DNA of 64,000 nt. Source: Octopus sinensis. Its lineage: Eukaryota. Both the position numbers and the translations under genes were made by a program. Shown one piece after another: positions 1 through 13,638 of the stretch. Below the pieces are notes generated by a model that ran no database searches, was not told where the DNA came from, and saw only the letters and a list, made by a program, of their open reading frames with translations. Every line of letters starts with the position of its first letter. Position 1 is the first letter of the stretch. The stretch spans positions 37,324,001 to 37,388,000 of the forward strand of contig NC_043003.1 of the NCBI RefSeq assembly GCF_006345805.1, in the 5' to 3' direction.

Positions 1-1125
1 ATGTGGTTTCCTTCGAATTGGAGAATTTCTCATGATTCCCTTGTGTCAATTGTGCTATCGATACAATGGGAAAATCAGTAGGAAAAGGCAGGATTAAAGT
101 CACATACTGGTTGGAAATTAAGAGCAATTGGCACCATTCTTAGAAAATAATTTAACACTTTTTCTTCGTTGTACAACTACATTCTACTTCATGATCACGT
201 GTTTGATAAACTAATCTAAGAATTGAAAGGATATACAACTTTTTAGATTAAACCGAGCGAGCACAACTGTATTGAACAGCATTAAACCAATTTAGTGCCG
301 AGTTGGAATCAGAGTATAATTCACAGTAGCGATGGTTACGTGGACTGGAATGAACGACAAGACAAGGTTTTAACAGAACAGAACATAGATTAGTTATTGA
401 ACTGTTCGAATAATAACGGATTGGAAGAGTTCTGTATATACAAGAGATCTTACTTGTTAAGTTGGAATATAGCTTGAATAGATGTGAAACTTAAAACGCT
501 TTCTTAGCTTCCGTGTGGAATTAATATATTTGAAGAGAATTGCAACTTGGACTTTTGTGAGTTTACAGTTACGTCGAATTGTACGGCTGATGTAATGCAA
601 GGAAAAGCCGCCTGGGAACTATGGCAAAGAAATAGTGAGATCAAGCTATATTTGATCTATGATATATTATAGAATAAAGCTACAGATTTGAGCTAGCACC
701 ACATATGAAAATTAATTAAATCTAATTAAATACGCTGGAGAGTCGTAAGCTATTGCGATTTTGTTTGGGTTTTTTTATTTACTTATTTATTTTGTTTAAT
801 CAATCCTGGCGTGAACGGAAAAAAGATCTAATTAATTAGTTTCAATCGGTATTGTGATTTCTTCCGTAGTTAACTATTCTCCCCTATCTTTCTGTGGCAC
901 CATTTATAACCACTATCATTTGTGACTTCATTAATTTATTACTATACAACACAAGTTTTTTTGTCAGTGAACAGATCGCAGTTTCGAGCAACAAAAATGA
1001 ACGTTCAAATGAACTTAAGGGGTTTTGTTTCTGAATGGTTAATTTGTATCTTCATGAAGCAATCGCTTTTCTTTCAGGACACGATCTCAGATCAAAGCAC
1101 ATGCTATGCAAGTACATCTGCGTGA

Positions 1126-1395
1126 AGGCAGCGAGCTGGCAGAAACGTTAGCACGCCGGGCGAAATGCCCAGCGGTATTTCGTCGGCCGGTACGTTCTGG
1201 GTTCAAATTCCACCGAGGTCGACTTTGCCTTTCATCCTTTCGGGGTCGATTAAATAAGTACTAGTTACGCACTGGGGTCGATATAATCGACTTAATCCGT
1301 TTGTCTGTCCTTGTTTGTCCCCTCTGTGTTTAGCCCCTTGAGAGTAGTAAAGAAATAGGTATTTCGTCTGCCGTTACGTTCAGAGTTCAAATTCC
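1126..1395 (+). mobile_element. SINE family A (A1 tail), head + unit + start of a second internal unit
   Basis: Pol III-like head (gagctggcagaaacgttag ... gggttcaaattcc), core gtcgactttgcctttcatcctttcggggtcga, tail ...agtaaagaaata, then a restart at ggtatttcgtc; more than 10 related copies in the window. Confidence 0.85.
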
Positions 1396-2040
1396 GGCGA
1401 TTCCAAAACGCTAGCAGGAATCTCCTAAAATACAAGTATGGCGCGAAAATTATTTCTGTTCTGGAGTTAAGTATGGCCCCCACAATGGCAGGCCTAACAG
1501 CCCCTATAGTAGCAGCAGTAACAGATCCAGCGCCAGCATCAGCTATAACAGCAACAACACTAATGGCAGCGGCCCTAGCAGAAGCGCCGGAATAAATACA
1601 TAAATAGCTCCTTCTTTAGCTTCTATACACAAGATGTCCTTTATACCCATGTCTGTTCTGCTCTGATTGAGAAGACATGTGATCGAAAGTTTTGCAGCCG
1701 TGAACATCTCGTCTATCATTAAAGCCTAGATTATACAACCTTTCCTTCGATCTTCGAGTTATAGAAAATTTGGCTGCTATTTCTAGTAGGTCGAGGAGCC
1801 GCATTGTTGCTTCTAGGTCGTTTGGTGTCGCATGATGTTATTTTTTTAGCCCCGGGTAAACTCTGGTCGAACAGATTTATGATCAAAGCTTCCTGGCCAT
1901 GATCGTTCTTTCTGTTTTTTCTAGAATACATTATTCAACGAAAATATTAATCAACATATACCCTTGTTAAACGAATATAAACAGTAAAAAACACAAACTT
2001 CCAATTACGCCCTTTCTCTTCAAAATGACATAAGGAACAT

Positions 2041-2345
2041 CATCATCATCATCATCATCATCATCATTTAGCGTCCGTTTTCCATGCTAGCATGGGTTGG
2101 ACGGTTTAACTGGGGTCTGTGAAGCCGGAAGGCTTCATCAGGCCCCGTCAGATTTGGCAGTGTTTCTACGGCTGGATGCCCTTCCTAACGCCAACCACTC
2201 CGTGAGTGTAGTGGGTGTTTTTTACGTGCCACCTGCACAAGTGCCAGACAGAGCTGGCAAACGGCCACGAACGGATGGTGTTTTTACGTGCCACCGGCAC
2301 GGGGGCCAGGCGAGGCTGGCAACGGACACGAACGGATGGTGCTTT
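2041..2345 (-). mobile_element. SINE-like element (family D) with (ATG)n tail and an internal ~60-bp direct repeat
   Basis: Minus strand carries ggttggcgttaggaagggcatcc, a motif common in invertebrate and fish SINE bodies, and ends ...acggacgctaaatgatgatg; two copies of ggtgtttttacgtgccacc...cacgaacggat. Confidence 0.6.
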
Positions 2346-2355
2346 ATGTTATATA

Positions 2356-2460
2356 TATTTCTTTACTACCCACAAGGGGCTATACATAGAGGGGACAAAC
2401 AAGGACAGACAAACGGATTAAGTCGATTACATCTACCCAGTGCGAAACTGGTACTTTATT
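2356..2460 (-). mobile_element. SINE family A 3' fragment
   Basis: Matches the A1 tail of other copies (atttctttactacccacaaggggc...gtcgattac). Confidence 0.8.
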
Positions 2461-2911
2461 TATCGAATTAATGTTATATAGATCTCCCATATATTGAAAC
2501 CGGTTCGCAAAATATGATTTTCGTTTTGCAGAACTTCTTTTAGTTACAACACTCACTAAAATTTTGTTCAGTAAAACTTATTTTATACGAAAACTTTTTT
2601 TCTATACGAACTTTTCAGTAACATATGAGTTTCTTTTTCTCCCGTCCTCTTTTTCTTTCTCTCCCTCTCTCCCTCTCTCTCCTCTCTCATTCTCTCTCCC
2701 TTTGTCCCTCTATATCTATCTTTCTTTTTGTGCGTGTGTGTGTTTAAAACCCACCTTGTAAAAACATACACTAAATAAGTTTTACAATAAAACTGTGCTA
2801 TGAAAACATTTGTTGTGTGAAAATTTTGTATCTCTAGCTTCATGTACATATGTAGCTATATAACAGAAATATTTACTTTCTGTGTTAAAAAATAAAACTG
2901 AAGTTATTCAA

Positions 2912-2944
<33 letters not shown>

Positions 2945-3032
2945 TAAAAATTTAGTGCATTTTCAACCCTTATTATTTTCCCCATAGATATATGTGGATG
3001 TATATATGCATCTATATATGTGAGCATGCATG

Positions 3033-3088
<56 letters not shown>

Positions 3089-3411
3089 GTGTGCTTGTTT
3101 TTATATCAGGTCATATATAAAAACAACTTAACATTCTACTGAAGTATTACTCAATACTTTTTAGTAGAGTCCATATATGTTAAACTTTTACGAGGTACAG
3201 GTGGACACTGACTTCAAAGTTCCAGCTTTAGGATCTAAAGATTTCAGTCACCACTGCATGTATAAATTAAACATGTATATACTGGCTGGATGGCCATAAA
3301 CAAGCAAACAACGGTAATTTATATATGTATTCTTATGCATATATATTTGTGTGTGTGTTAAGACACATGTATGTGCGTGGTGCGTGTATTTCTGTAAAAA
3401 AAAAAATATAG

Positions 3412-3451
<40 letters not shown>

Positions 3452-3454
<3 letters not shown>

Positions 3455-3846
3455 CGTAGGAGTGGATGTGTGGTAAGTAGCTTGCATACGAACCACACGG
3501 TTCCAGGTTCAGTCCCACTGCGTGGCACCTTGGGCACGTGCCTCCTACTATAACCTCGGGCCGACCAAAGCCCTGTGAGTGGATTTGGTAGACGGAAACT
3601 GAAAGAAGCCCGTCGTATATATGTATGTGTGTGTATATGTTTGTGTGTCTGTGTTTGCCCCCCCCCCATCATCGCTTGACAACCGATGCTGGTGTGTTTA
3701 CGTCCCTGTAACTTAGCTGTTCGGCAAAAGAGACCGATAGAATAAGTACTAGGCTTACATAGAATAAGTCTCAGGGTCGATTTGTTCGACTAAGGGCGGT
3801 GCTCCAGCATGGCCACAGTCACATGACTGAAACAAGTAAAAGAGTA
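3452..3846 (+). mobile_element. SINE family B, full length
   Basis: tRNA-like head, CORE-like ggcaccttgggca motif, internal (TG)n, tail gcggtgctccagcatggcc...ctgaaacaagtaaaagag; about 8 copies in the window. Confidence 0.85.
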
Positions 3847-3855
3847 TACATATGA

Positions 3856-4144
3856 AGGCGCGTGGCTTAATGGTAAAGATATTGGTGTCATGGCTAAATG
3901 GTTAAGGTGTTGGGCTCATGATCATAAGATTGTGGTTTCGATTCTTGGACCGTGCAACGTGTTGTGTTCTTGAGCGAAACACTTCATTTTCAGTTAATTC
4001 AGTTCGCTCAGCAGGCAAAAATTAGTAATTCTGTGAAAGACCGGCGCCCCGTCCAGGTGGAGAATTTGTACGCCATCGAAACCGGGAATCCGGCCATTAT
4101 GAGTCTGTATGACTCGAGGAAAAAACTTTACTACTTTTACTACA
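3856..4144 (+). mobile_element. SINE family C
   Basis: tRNA-like head aggcgcgtggctt...ggtttcgattc, then gttcttgagcgaaacacttcattt; homologous to 49445-49950. Confidence 0.75.
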
Positions 4145-4446
4145 TGTAGATAAATATATAATGTATATGTATGTGAGCGCGCACGTGTGTTTGAATCATC
4201 TACCACAAACACCTACACATTCCAAACGAGCCTTTCTAACACCACGTCATAGAACGGCATATATTTAAATATTGTAAGGCGGTGAGCTGGCAGAATCGTT
4301 AGTACACCAGGTGAAAGGCTTATATTAAAGACATGGCAATGTTCGAGTTTAAGCTTTTTTAGTAAGGATTTTTCCCCTAGAAATTCTTCGGAGAACCAAC
4401 AAAATTGGTAGGGAATCTTTTTATCGATATCTCAATCAAAGTTAAT

Positions 4447-4640
4447 GCGGCGAGGTGACAAAATATTTAAAGGCATATCGTCCATCTTTACGTTCTGAGC
4501 TCTAATCCCGCCGAGATCAATTTTCCCCTTCATCCTTTCAGGGTCGGTAAAATAAGTATGGTTTGAACATGAAATCGATGTAATCTATTTACTCCTCCCC
4601 TAGAATTGCTGGCCTAGTGCCAAAATTTTGAAGCCATATA
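4447..4640 (+). mobile_element. SINE family A (A2 tail), diverged
   Basis: Core catcctttcagggtcgg and A2 tail gaattgctggcctagtgccaaaatttt. Confidence 0.65.
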
Positions 4641-4763
4641 TTTGGATATTCTTTCTTATTCCAACATTTCAACTTACGTGCCATATAGAATGTCACGAAT
4701 GTAACCCCGAGCGGCAAACCCTTAGCCACACTGCCCTTCTGAATATAAAATATATAGATATAT

Positions 4764-5155
4764 AGGCGCAGGAGTGGCTGTGTGTTAAGTAGCTTGCTTA
4801 CCAACCGCATGGTTCCGGGTTCAGTCCACTGCGTAGCATCTTTGGCAAATGTCTTCTACTATAGCCTCGGGCCGACCAAAGCCTTGTGAGTGGATTTGGT
4901 AGACGGAAACTGAAAGAAGCCCGTCGTATATATGTGTGTGTTTGTGTGTGTGTCTGTTTTTGTCCACCTAGCATTGCTTGACAGCCGATGCTGGTGTGTT
5001 TATGTCCCCGTCACTTAGCGATTCGGCAAAAGAGACCGATAGAATAAGTACTAGGCTTACAAAGAATAAGTCCCGGGGGTCGATTTGCTCGACTAAAGGC
5101 AGTGCTCCAGCATGGCCGCAGTCAAATGGCTGAAACAAGTAAAAGAGTAAAAGAG
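4764..5155 (+). mobile_element. SINE family B, full length
   Basis: Colinear with 3452-3846. Confidence 0.85.
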
Positions 5156-5277
5156 ATTACGTTGTGGACAAAAGAAGAGGAGATCTAAATATCGTAATGC
5201 AACAGAAGTTATCAAAGAATGTTCTTTGGTATATGAGGCAGGGTTCATTATCCACGATTATGCTTCCAGTTGAGATA

Positions 5278-5667
5278 CTAGTTTCAAATTTTAGCACAAG
5301 GCAAATAATTTTAGCGGAGGGAGTAAGTCAATAACATCGACCTCGATACTCGACTGGTACTTATTTTATTGACCCCGAAAGGATGAAAAGCAAAGTCGCT
5401 ATCGGTGGAATTTGAACTCAGCGTGCTAACGATTCTGCCGCCCGCTTCACCGCATTAATTTCGATTGAGATATTAATTTAAAATTTTGGCACAACGCCAG
5501 CAATTTCTGGGAAAGGGAGTAAGTCGATTACATCGACCCCCAGTGCTCAAATGATACTTATTTCATCGACCCCGAAAAAATGAAAGGGAAATTCGGCCTC
5601 GACAGAAACTGAACTCAGAACGTAAAGACGGGTGAAATGCCGTTAAACAATTTGCCTTCTCGCCATC
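5278..5667 (-). mobile_element. Two adjacent SINE family A (A2) copies; the second (5470-5667) has a 15-bp target-site duplication
   Basis: ttaatttcgattgag at 5455-5469 and 5668-5682; core motif in both copies. Confidence 0.75.
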
Positions 5668-6492
5668 TTAATTTCGATTGAGGAATCGATAAAAAGTTTC
5701 CCTACATCTAGAAACATTACCAATTTTGGCGGTTCACAGTAGAATTTCAAGGGTAAAAATCCTTTATAAAAAAGATTAAACCCAAACATTGTCATGTCTT
5801 TAAAATAAATGTGTATAAAAGGAAAGCGCTTTCTTATTTAGATATACACATATTTACACAAACGCACACATACATGCATACATACACTTAAACATGTGTG
5901 CATACGTGTGTGTACGTATGTGTGTGCTCGTGTATGTATGTGTGTGTGTGCGCGTGTATGTATGTGCGAATGTTCATGTGTGTGTGTGTATGTGTGTGTG
6001 TGAGTGAGTGTGTGTGAGTGTGTGTATAAAGGTTCATTCCATGAGTAAGCACAGTTCAGTTGATCGAATTACTCATCATTAAAGCCGACGGGGATCCATT
6101 TTTACCGTATGTTTCCACATACATACTTACATACATGCATATATATATATATATATATATATACATACGTATGTACGTACATACATACATAAATACATAT
6201 ACACACATACATACTTACATATATATATATATATATATATATGTTTGTATGTTTGTATGTATATATATATATATATATATATATTTGTATACATATATAC
6301 ATATAAATACATACATGCATACATACACGTGTGCATTGCGTGCGCATGCGCGCGTGTGTGTGTGTGTGTGTGCCATTTTATTAGTTATATTGCTGTTGTT
6401 GTTGCTTCTGTTTTTGTCATTGCCACCGTTGCTATCACAGCCATTTCTGTCGCCATCGTAACTGCTGGTTACTGCTGCTGCTGTGCTGGCTG

Positions 6493-6523
<31 letters not shown>

Positions 6524-6749
6524 CGTTGCTGCTGTTACTGCTGTTATTCCATCAATCTGTAGTTCATTTAAAAGCTAGTCAACATTCTTACAAAGACCTG
6601 TTCCAGACCTGGCATGGTTCCTGAGAAATTGAAAGACTCACCTTTGACTCGCCAGCCTCAAATATCTACTGCCACAGGCTTGACTCCACCCACCCACCCG
6701 TCCACCACTTTGCCTCTCCCTTTCTCTCTCTCTCTCTTTCTCTCCCTCT

Positions 6750-6787
<38 letters not shown>

Positions 6788-6959
6788 GATCTCTCCTTCC
6801 TTCGTTGGAGCGAGCTCATTTCTGTATACCTCCGGCTATAAGGGCCCGAAAGGGAATGGTGTGTTTGTGAAGGACATGCGCAGAATCAGAGACAGACAGG
6901 CAGACAGGCAGTTAGACAGGCAGGAAGGCAGACAGACAGGGACGATGCTGGCATTGCCG

Positions 6960-7696
6960 GTGGTGGTAGTGTGGTGGTGGTGGTGGTGGTGGTGGTGGTG
7001 GTGGTGGCGTATTGATAGCGATGTATTCGAGGCGATGGCGATGGTGGTATTAGCTATGTAATTGTTGTCGTTTGTGGATAGGGGTAATTCTGCTGATGGC
7101 AGTGGTGGTGTTGAAGTGGTGGTGGTGGTGGTGGTTGTGGTTGTGGTGGTGGTGGTTTTGGTAATGGTGGTGGTGGTGATGGTTTTGGTGATGATGCTGG
7201 TGATAATGGTATCGGTAGTGGTTGTGGTGGTGGTGGTGGTGGTTTTGGTGCTGATGCTGGTGATAATGGTATAGGTGGTGGTTTTGGTGCTGATGCTGGT
7301 GATAATGGTATCGGTAGTGGTTGTGGTGGTGGTGGTTTTGGTAATGGTTGTGGTGGTGATGGTTTTGGTGCTGATGGTGATGGTGATGGTGGTGGTGGTG
7401 ATGGTTTTGGTGGTGGTGGTGGTGGTGGTGGTGGTGGTGATGGTTTTGGTGCTGATGCTGGTGATAATGGTATAGGTGGTGGTTGTGGTGGTGATGGTGG
7501 TGGTTGTAGTGATGGTTGTGATGGTATTAGCGATGTAATTGTTGTCGTGTGTGAAGTAGATAAGGTTTGTGTGATACTTGTGGTGGCGATGGCAATGATG
7601 ATGGTAGTGGTGGCGGTTGCTGCGAGTGTGGTGATGGTAGTGGTGGCGGTGGCTGCGAGTGGTGGTGGTGGTGGTGGTGGTGCTAGCGGCAGTGTA

Positions 7697-7731
<35 letters not shown>

Positions 7732-7760
7732 ATTGGTAATAGTGGCCGCAGTATTAATGT
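6960..7760. repeat. (GGT/GAT)n low-complexity tract with ~60-bp higher-order repeats
   Basis: Recurrent ggttttggtgctgatgctggtgataatggtat units. Confidence 0.85.
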
Positions 7761-8029
7761 AGCGCGGTACTGGTAATGATTACGGTGAAGCGGTGAGGTG
7801 GCACTTGGTGGCGGAGGCGGGGCGTTAGAACGGTACCGGGTTGGGGCACACGGTGGAAGGAAGGGCTTGTTATGGTGGTTGTGTTTCTCATAATGGAAAT
7901 GGAGGAAATAATGTTGGTTCCAGCACCGCCAATGGTTCTGCTAATAATTGGTGGTGTTTGTTATGATGAGGGAAGTTGTCGATGCTGATGCAGTGTTAGT
8001 GTGGTGCTTTTGTAGTGGTTACTTAGTGA

Positions 8030-8277
8030 TTGTGTAGTAGTAGTAGTGGTAGTAGTAGTAGTAGTAGTAACAGTATCAGCAGCGGCTGTGGTAGTAGTAG
8101 TAGTGGTAGTAGTAGTTGTAGGAGGAGAAGGAGGAGAAGGAGGGGCAGCAGCAGCAGTGACAGAGGCTTCAGTAATAGCAGCAGTAGTAGTTGTAGTTTT
8201 AGTGGTGGTAGTAGTAATAGTAATCGCAGCAGTAGTAGAAGCAGCAGCAGCAATAGTAATTGTTTAGTAGTAGTAAT

Positions 8278-8363
<86 letters not shown>

Positions 8364-8364
8364 C

Positions 8365-8404
<40 letters not shown>
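8030..8404. repeat. (AGT)n/(AGC)n trinucleotide tract
   Basis: Directly visible. Confidence 0.95.
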
Positions 8405-8708
8405 TAGAGTCTGCATCGGACTGCGTTGTGGTGGCATATTAGTATAATGCTGTGCAACGATTGTGAAGTGGAAGTGTAGTAGTAGTGTAGCAGAAGTACT
8501 GTGTAGTGTAATTGAAGTGTAACGATAGTCAACTTATAGAATAGCAGTAGTGCATGTAGTGAGTTGAAAAAGTATCCGATAACCGTGGATAATCTATGCG
8601 TCCATCATATAATGAACCTTATCTAATATACCAACAAACACCCTTTGAAAGCTTCTGCCGGGTTACACAACTTAGACCCTCCCTTATGCTATCTACAAAG
8701 TAACCTCT

Positions 8709-8878
8709 TACTCTTTACTCTTTTACTTGTTTCAGCAAATCGACCCCCGGGACTTATTCTCTGTAAGCCCAGTACTTATTCTATCGGTCTCTTTTGCCGA
8801 ACCGCTAAGTTACGGGGACGTAAACACACCAGCATCGGTTGTCAAGTGATGTTGGGGTGACAAACAGACACACAAACA

Positions 8879-8917
<39 letters not shown>

Positions 8918-8940
8918 ACCACACACACACAACACACACT

Positions 8941-8972
<32 letters not shown>

Positions 8973-9137
8973 CATATATACGACGGGCTTCTTTCAGTTT
9001 CCGTCTACCAAATCCACTCACAAGGCTTTGATCGGCCCGAGGCTATAGTAGAAGACACTTGCCCAAGGTGCCATGCAGTGGGACTGAACCCGGAACCATG
9101 TGGTTGGTAAACAAGCTACTTACCACACAGCCACTCC
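8709..9137 (-). mobile_element. SINE family B
   Basis: Reverse complement of the family B head, core and tail, with an expanded internal microsatellite. Confidence 0.85.
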
Positions 9138-9189
9138 AAACATCTTACACAGGTTTTTATGTACTAGTTGCGTCCATTATGCCACCACA

Positions 9190-9401
9190 TGTGTGTTTGT
9201 GTGTCTGTGTTTGTCACCCTAGCATTGCTTGGCAACCGACGCTGGTGTGTTTATGTCCCCGTTACTTAGCAGTTCGGCAAAAGAGACCGATAGAATAAGT
9301 ACTGGGCTTACAAAAAAATAAATCCCGGAGTCGAGTTGCTCGATTATAGGCGGTGCTCCAGCATGGCCGCAGTCAAATGACTGAAACAAGTAAAAGAGTA
9401 A
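9190..9401 (+). mobile_element. SINE family B 3' half
   Basis: Matches the post-microsatellite half of 4764-5155. Confidence 0.8.
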
Positions 9402-10091
9402 CCATACTTCAGGTAATAAATTTTATAAGCCCATTTACTTTGAGGTGAATTCTAACATTTTCGTTAAGGCTCTTCTTCAGAGGTCATAGAAGAAATGTGA
9501 GTCTTTATTTAATTAAGTTTTACATATTAAAGAGAAAATTCTCGTTGCATTATTGTTGTTCTGCTAAGTACTAAGGATAGAGATTAATATTCACACTTTA
9601 CATGAATGCTATTAATGAAATTTAAACTCAGATAGCGATTCTTCATTATTTACTACTGAATCTTAAGAGGTTGATTTTAACATCTTAATAAGTTGGGTTA
9701 ATGTAAAACAAATATTAAGCGACAGGTGTTTGATCGGTGAATTAGCAGTCATTAGTTACTAACTAATTAATAATCAATAACTTCTGCAAGTAAATTGCGA
9801 TATTTTCTATTTTATTCTCAAGTATATTGGACGCATTATTCAGCAACACTTTAAGAGATCTGTATACAAGAACCGTTGTGAGTAATATTTTTATGACCTC
9901 CACAGCAAAAGTGCTTGTCCTCAATGTTCACTACAGCGTTGTCTTAAAACAACTCAATGCCTTCATTTTAAATTAAATTTATTGATAATACGTTATAAAC
10001 TGAAAACTTTTTGATATCCTTTTATTCTTTTCTGGTTACAGTTAGAAAGCTGCGGCCATGCTGCAGCCATTCCTTTTCAGGGATATATATC

Positions 10092-10325
10092 TGTTTCTTT
10101 ATTACCTACAAGGGGCTAAACATAGAGGGGACAAACAAGGACAGACAAACGAATTAAGTCGATTACATCGACCCCAGTGCGTAACTGGTACTTATTTAAT
10201 CGACCCCGAAAGGATGAAAGGCAAAGTCGACCTCGGCGGAATTTGAACTCAGAACGTAACGGCAGACGAAATACGGCTACGCATTTCACCCGACGTGCTA
10301 ACGTTTCTGCCAGCTCGCCGCCTTA
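10092..10325 (-). mobile_element. SINE family A1 monomer with an 18-bp target-site duplication
   Basis: ttttcagggatatatatc at 10074-10091 and 10326-10343; ends in aataaagaaac on the minus strand. Confidence 0.9.
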
Positions 10326-10361
10326 TTTTCAGGGATATATATCACGTTATCGCACCCAGTA

Positions 10362-10412
<51 letters not shown>

Positions 10413-10417
<5 letters not shown>

Positions 10418-10800
10418 CAAAAATAAGACAAGAACGCAAAACATCCAAACACCTAAGTGATACAAAAAAGGGACAAAACATCTAGACAAACGATACAAAG
10501 AAAACAAGGACGAGTCATTCGGAGTATTCTTTCCTCAGTCGAGTTCCATATTATCTTTGCAATTTCGGCTAGTTATACTCGAGATTGCTCCAATCTGACC
10601 AGCCCCAAGGAAAAACTAAGCTAAGAGCACTAGATTCCTTGGAAGAAAGCAGCGAATGTTTACGAAAACAAGGACGGAAAAAAAAACGGAGTAATGGTAC
10701 GCAAATACAAATACAGGGATTAACAACGGCTGTCTTTCGACTAAGGGCGAATTAAATTGGGCTGGCGTGTTTGGAAGTAATGCTTTACGGCAGGTACTTA
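10413..10800 (-). repeat. Unclassified interspersed repeat, possibly a Penelope-like 3' tail
   Basis: T-rich tail on the minus strand abutting (CA)n; architecture resembles 16780-17040; no protein evidence. Confidence 0.35.
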
Positions 10801-11437
10801 AGGTATAAGATTTGACGAAAATTTTATAATTAGGTTTATTAACACCCTTTATTACAAAAAATTGATAAACCCAAATTGAAGAGCTTAAAACCCACAGAGT
10901 TGTCTCCCCTTACTCATAGGAACTGGACAACTACTTCCTGTTTTGACATTCACTTAACAGACATCCTTAATTTAATTAAATTAAACACCATATGGATTTA
11001 ATCACATGGATCTCAATCCTCCAAGGTAATATTTTGAAGAACTGTCATTAAACTCGAGATACACAAAGACTTTACAATATATCGGAATACCTATTTTTTA
11101 ATTTTTGTACATGTTTATTATTATTTTTTTGCAAAAAACAATGTAATTTCTTTTTTCCCCCCCTCCCAAACATAAACAAAATTTTTTCTATCCCCTTGCA
11201 ATTCTTGAAAAGTCACACTGTGACGAAAGCCGGTTTGAATTAATATATATATATTTTATTAATTTTTCAAAATTTTCCATACACCCATTTTCATTAAAAT
11301 TTTCCTTTTATAATTTTTCCTTGCCTATATATTATATATATATATATCTATATATATTATATATATATATATATATAATATATATTAATACATATGTCAT
11401 ATGTGTGTATATATATATATATATTATATATATATAA

Positions 11438-12317
11438 TGGGCTGAGGATAATAATATGCAGTTTAATGCTGAAAAATTCAGGCTCTGCGCTACCAGCATC
11501 CAAAACTGAATATTAAACTTACAGGATACACCGGTCCACAGGGAATTTCAATCCCAGAGCCTAAGTCTGTGAGGGACCTGGGTATCGACATGAGTGATGA
11601 TACCTCTTTCCAAGTGCACATTACCAGGATGGCGACAAAGTGCAGACGACTGGCTGGGTGAATCCTAAGAACATTCAGAACCAGAGATAAGGAAACCATG
11701 ATGGTCCTTTGGCGGACATTCGTCCTCAGCCGCTTGGATTACTGTTCACAGCTATGGTCACCCACCAGTGTGAAATTGACAGCGGACCTTGAAGCAATCC
11801 AGAGAAGATTCACAAAGAAGATCGTCTCTTTGCAACAGGGAAAGGTTGAAACAGCTAAGACTCTACTCCCTGGAGAGAAGACGGGAGAGGCATGCAGTAA
11901 TATATGTCTGGAAGATCCTGGAAGGAATTGTGCCAAATTTTGGCATTGTAAGCTACACCAATGCTAGAACGGGACGACACTGCATAGTACCAAAGATCCC
12001 AGCAATGCCATCACGCTTCTGGACCAGCTTCTGCACACCTGGATTTCAAGGGCCCACAGCTTTTTAATATTCTCCCAAAGAGCCTGAGGAACTTGCACGA
12101 GGTAGATGTAGCGTTTTTTAATCAAAGCTGGACATCTTCCTGTCGAGAGTCCCATGAACCTACCTCACGGCAAGAGGTGCAAAGAGAGTAGCTATATCAA
12201 ACTCCATTCTTCACCAAGTGCCACATATTAGAGGAGGTTCTTCATAATAACAGTGTAGCACAAAACGGCGGTGCATCAGCATGGCCGCAGCGCTGAACTG
12301 AACAAAGAAAAGAAAAA
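11438..12317 (+). mobile_element. CR1-type LINE 3' fragment (RT C-terminus + 3' UTR), decayed
   Basis: WAEDNNMQFN, VRDLGI, SRLDYCSQLWSP, LEAIQRRFTK, RLYSLERRRER; stops and frameshifts; flanked by (TA)n at both ends. Confidence 0.9.
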
Positions 12318-12377
<60 letters not shown>

Positions 12378-12475
12378 GTGTGTGTGTGTATATATATTAT
12401 ATACATATCTGTATATATATATCACATATGTGTATATATATATATAATATATATATATATATATACATATGTGTA

Positions 12476-12522
<47 letters not shown>

Positions 12523-12569
12523 ATATATATACATATTGTATATATATATGTACATGTATATATATATAT

Positions 12570-12630
<61 letters not shown>

Positions 12631-12642
12631 CTATATACTATA
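12318..12642. repeat. (TA)n/(TATG)n microsatellite between two tail-to-tail CR1 elements
   Basis: Directly visible. Confidence 0.95.
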
Positions 12643-13638
12643 TACTTTACTTTTGATAGGTTTCGGCCATTATTGGCCCAGGCCATGTCTAACTTAATAG
12701 CACCACCGTTGAAGTCTTTCAAGTCAGAATTTGGGCACTATGGCCCACTCAAGTAGAGAGTTATTGTTTACAGAGACATATCCAGGTGTAGGGGGTTTAT
12801 CCTCGGGATTCTTGAAGGAATCTGTCCAAAGACTTCTTGAACCCTATAGGGTCAGTTTCTGTTTTAATGTGTTTTGGTGTAATGTTAAAGAGAGCGGGGC
12901 CAATGAGGTGAAATAATTGTGCCGTATTGTTGTTATGAGATGAGAGTGCGATTTTTGTTTTGGGCGGATGGCACGGGGCCCAAGCCTTGGATGTACCTTA
13001 AAGGTGATGCCAACATCATTTGGGCAATGCTGATGGAATATTTTCCACATCATGCAGATGATGTAGCGCTCACGACGACGTTGGAGAGAATAGAGTTTTA
13101 GCTTTTCTAGCCGACCCCAATAGTCGAGGCCTGTCATGCCATATATCTTTTTTGTGATTGCCCTTTGAGGTGCTTCAACTTTTATGATACCTTGTATTGT
13201 GTGGGGAGACCACAGTGGACAACAGTATTCAGGTGGGGTTGGGCAAAAGTGGAGAATAGAAGGTCATGGTGTGGATATCTCTCGACTGGAAAAGTTTCTG
13301 AGAATCCAGGAACACATTCTGCGGGCCATGTCAACTTTGGTGTTTATATGAGTGGCCCAGCTTACGTTGTTGTCCACAATTACTCCCCAGTCTCTGATGT
13401 TGTTGGACGCCGCGAGAGTTTCACCTGAAGGAAGGGAGTATGGGAGTTTCAGGGCATCCTCTTTTCCAAAGTGGATTAGCTCAAATTATCCCGTTCAGCA
13501 GCATATTTTTTTTTCTGCCCATTGGATAACAGCCAGTAGATCTGACTGAAGGCATGTCTGGTCACTCGCCTCATTTATGACCTTCTGTAGCTTGGAGTCA
13601 TCTGCAAAGATTTTTATGTTGCTGTGCTTGATGATGTC
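12643..13638 (-). mobile_element. CR1-type LINE 3' fragment (different subfamily), decayed
   Basis: [10 protein letters not shown] (RT FADD motif), [29 protein letters not shown]. Confidence 0.9.

Noticed and set aside
1-920. Non-repetitive AT-rich block as a possible gene or viral insert
   Set aside because: Stops in all frames examined and no recognisable motif
2115-2150. Minus-strand CTGATGA followed by a 4-bp hairpin
   Set aside because: No GAAA after the stem; it is part of the SINE D body
6636-6840. Perfect AAG|GTGAGT donor on the minus strand at 6644 downstream of a GA-rich segment
   Set aside because: A single 9-mer match is expected by chance in 64 kb; no acceptor, ORF or homology support
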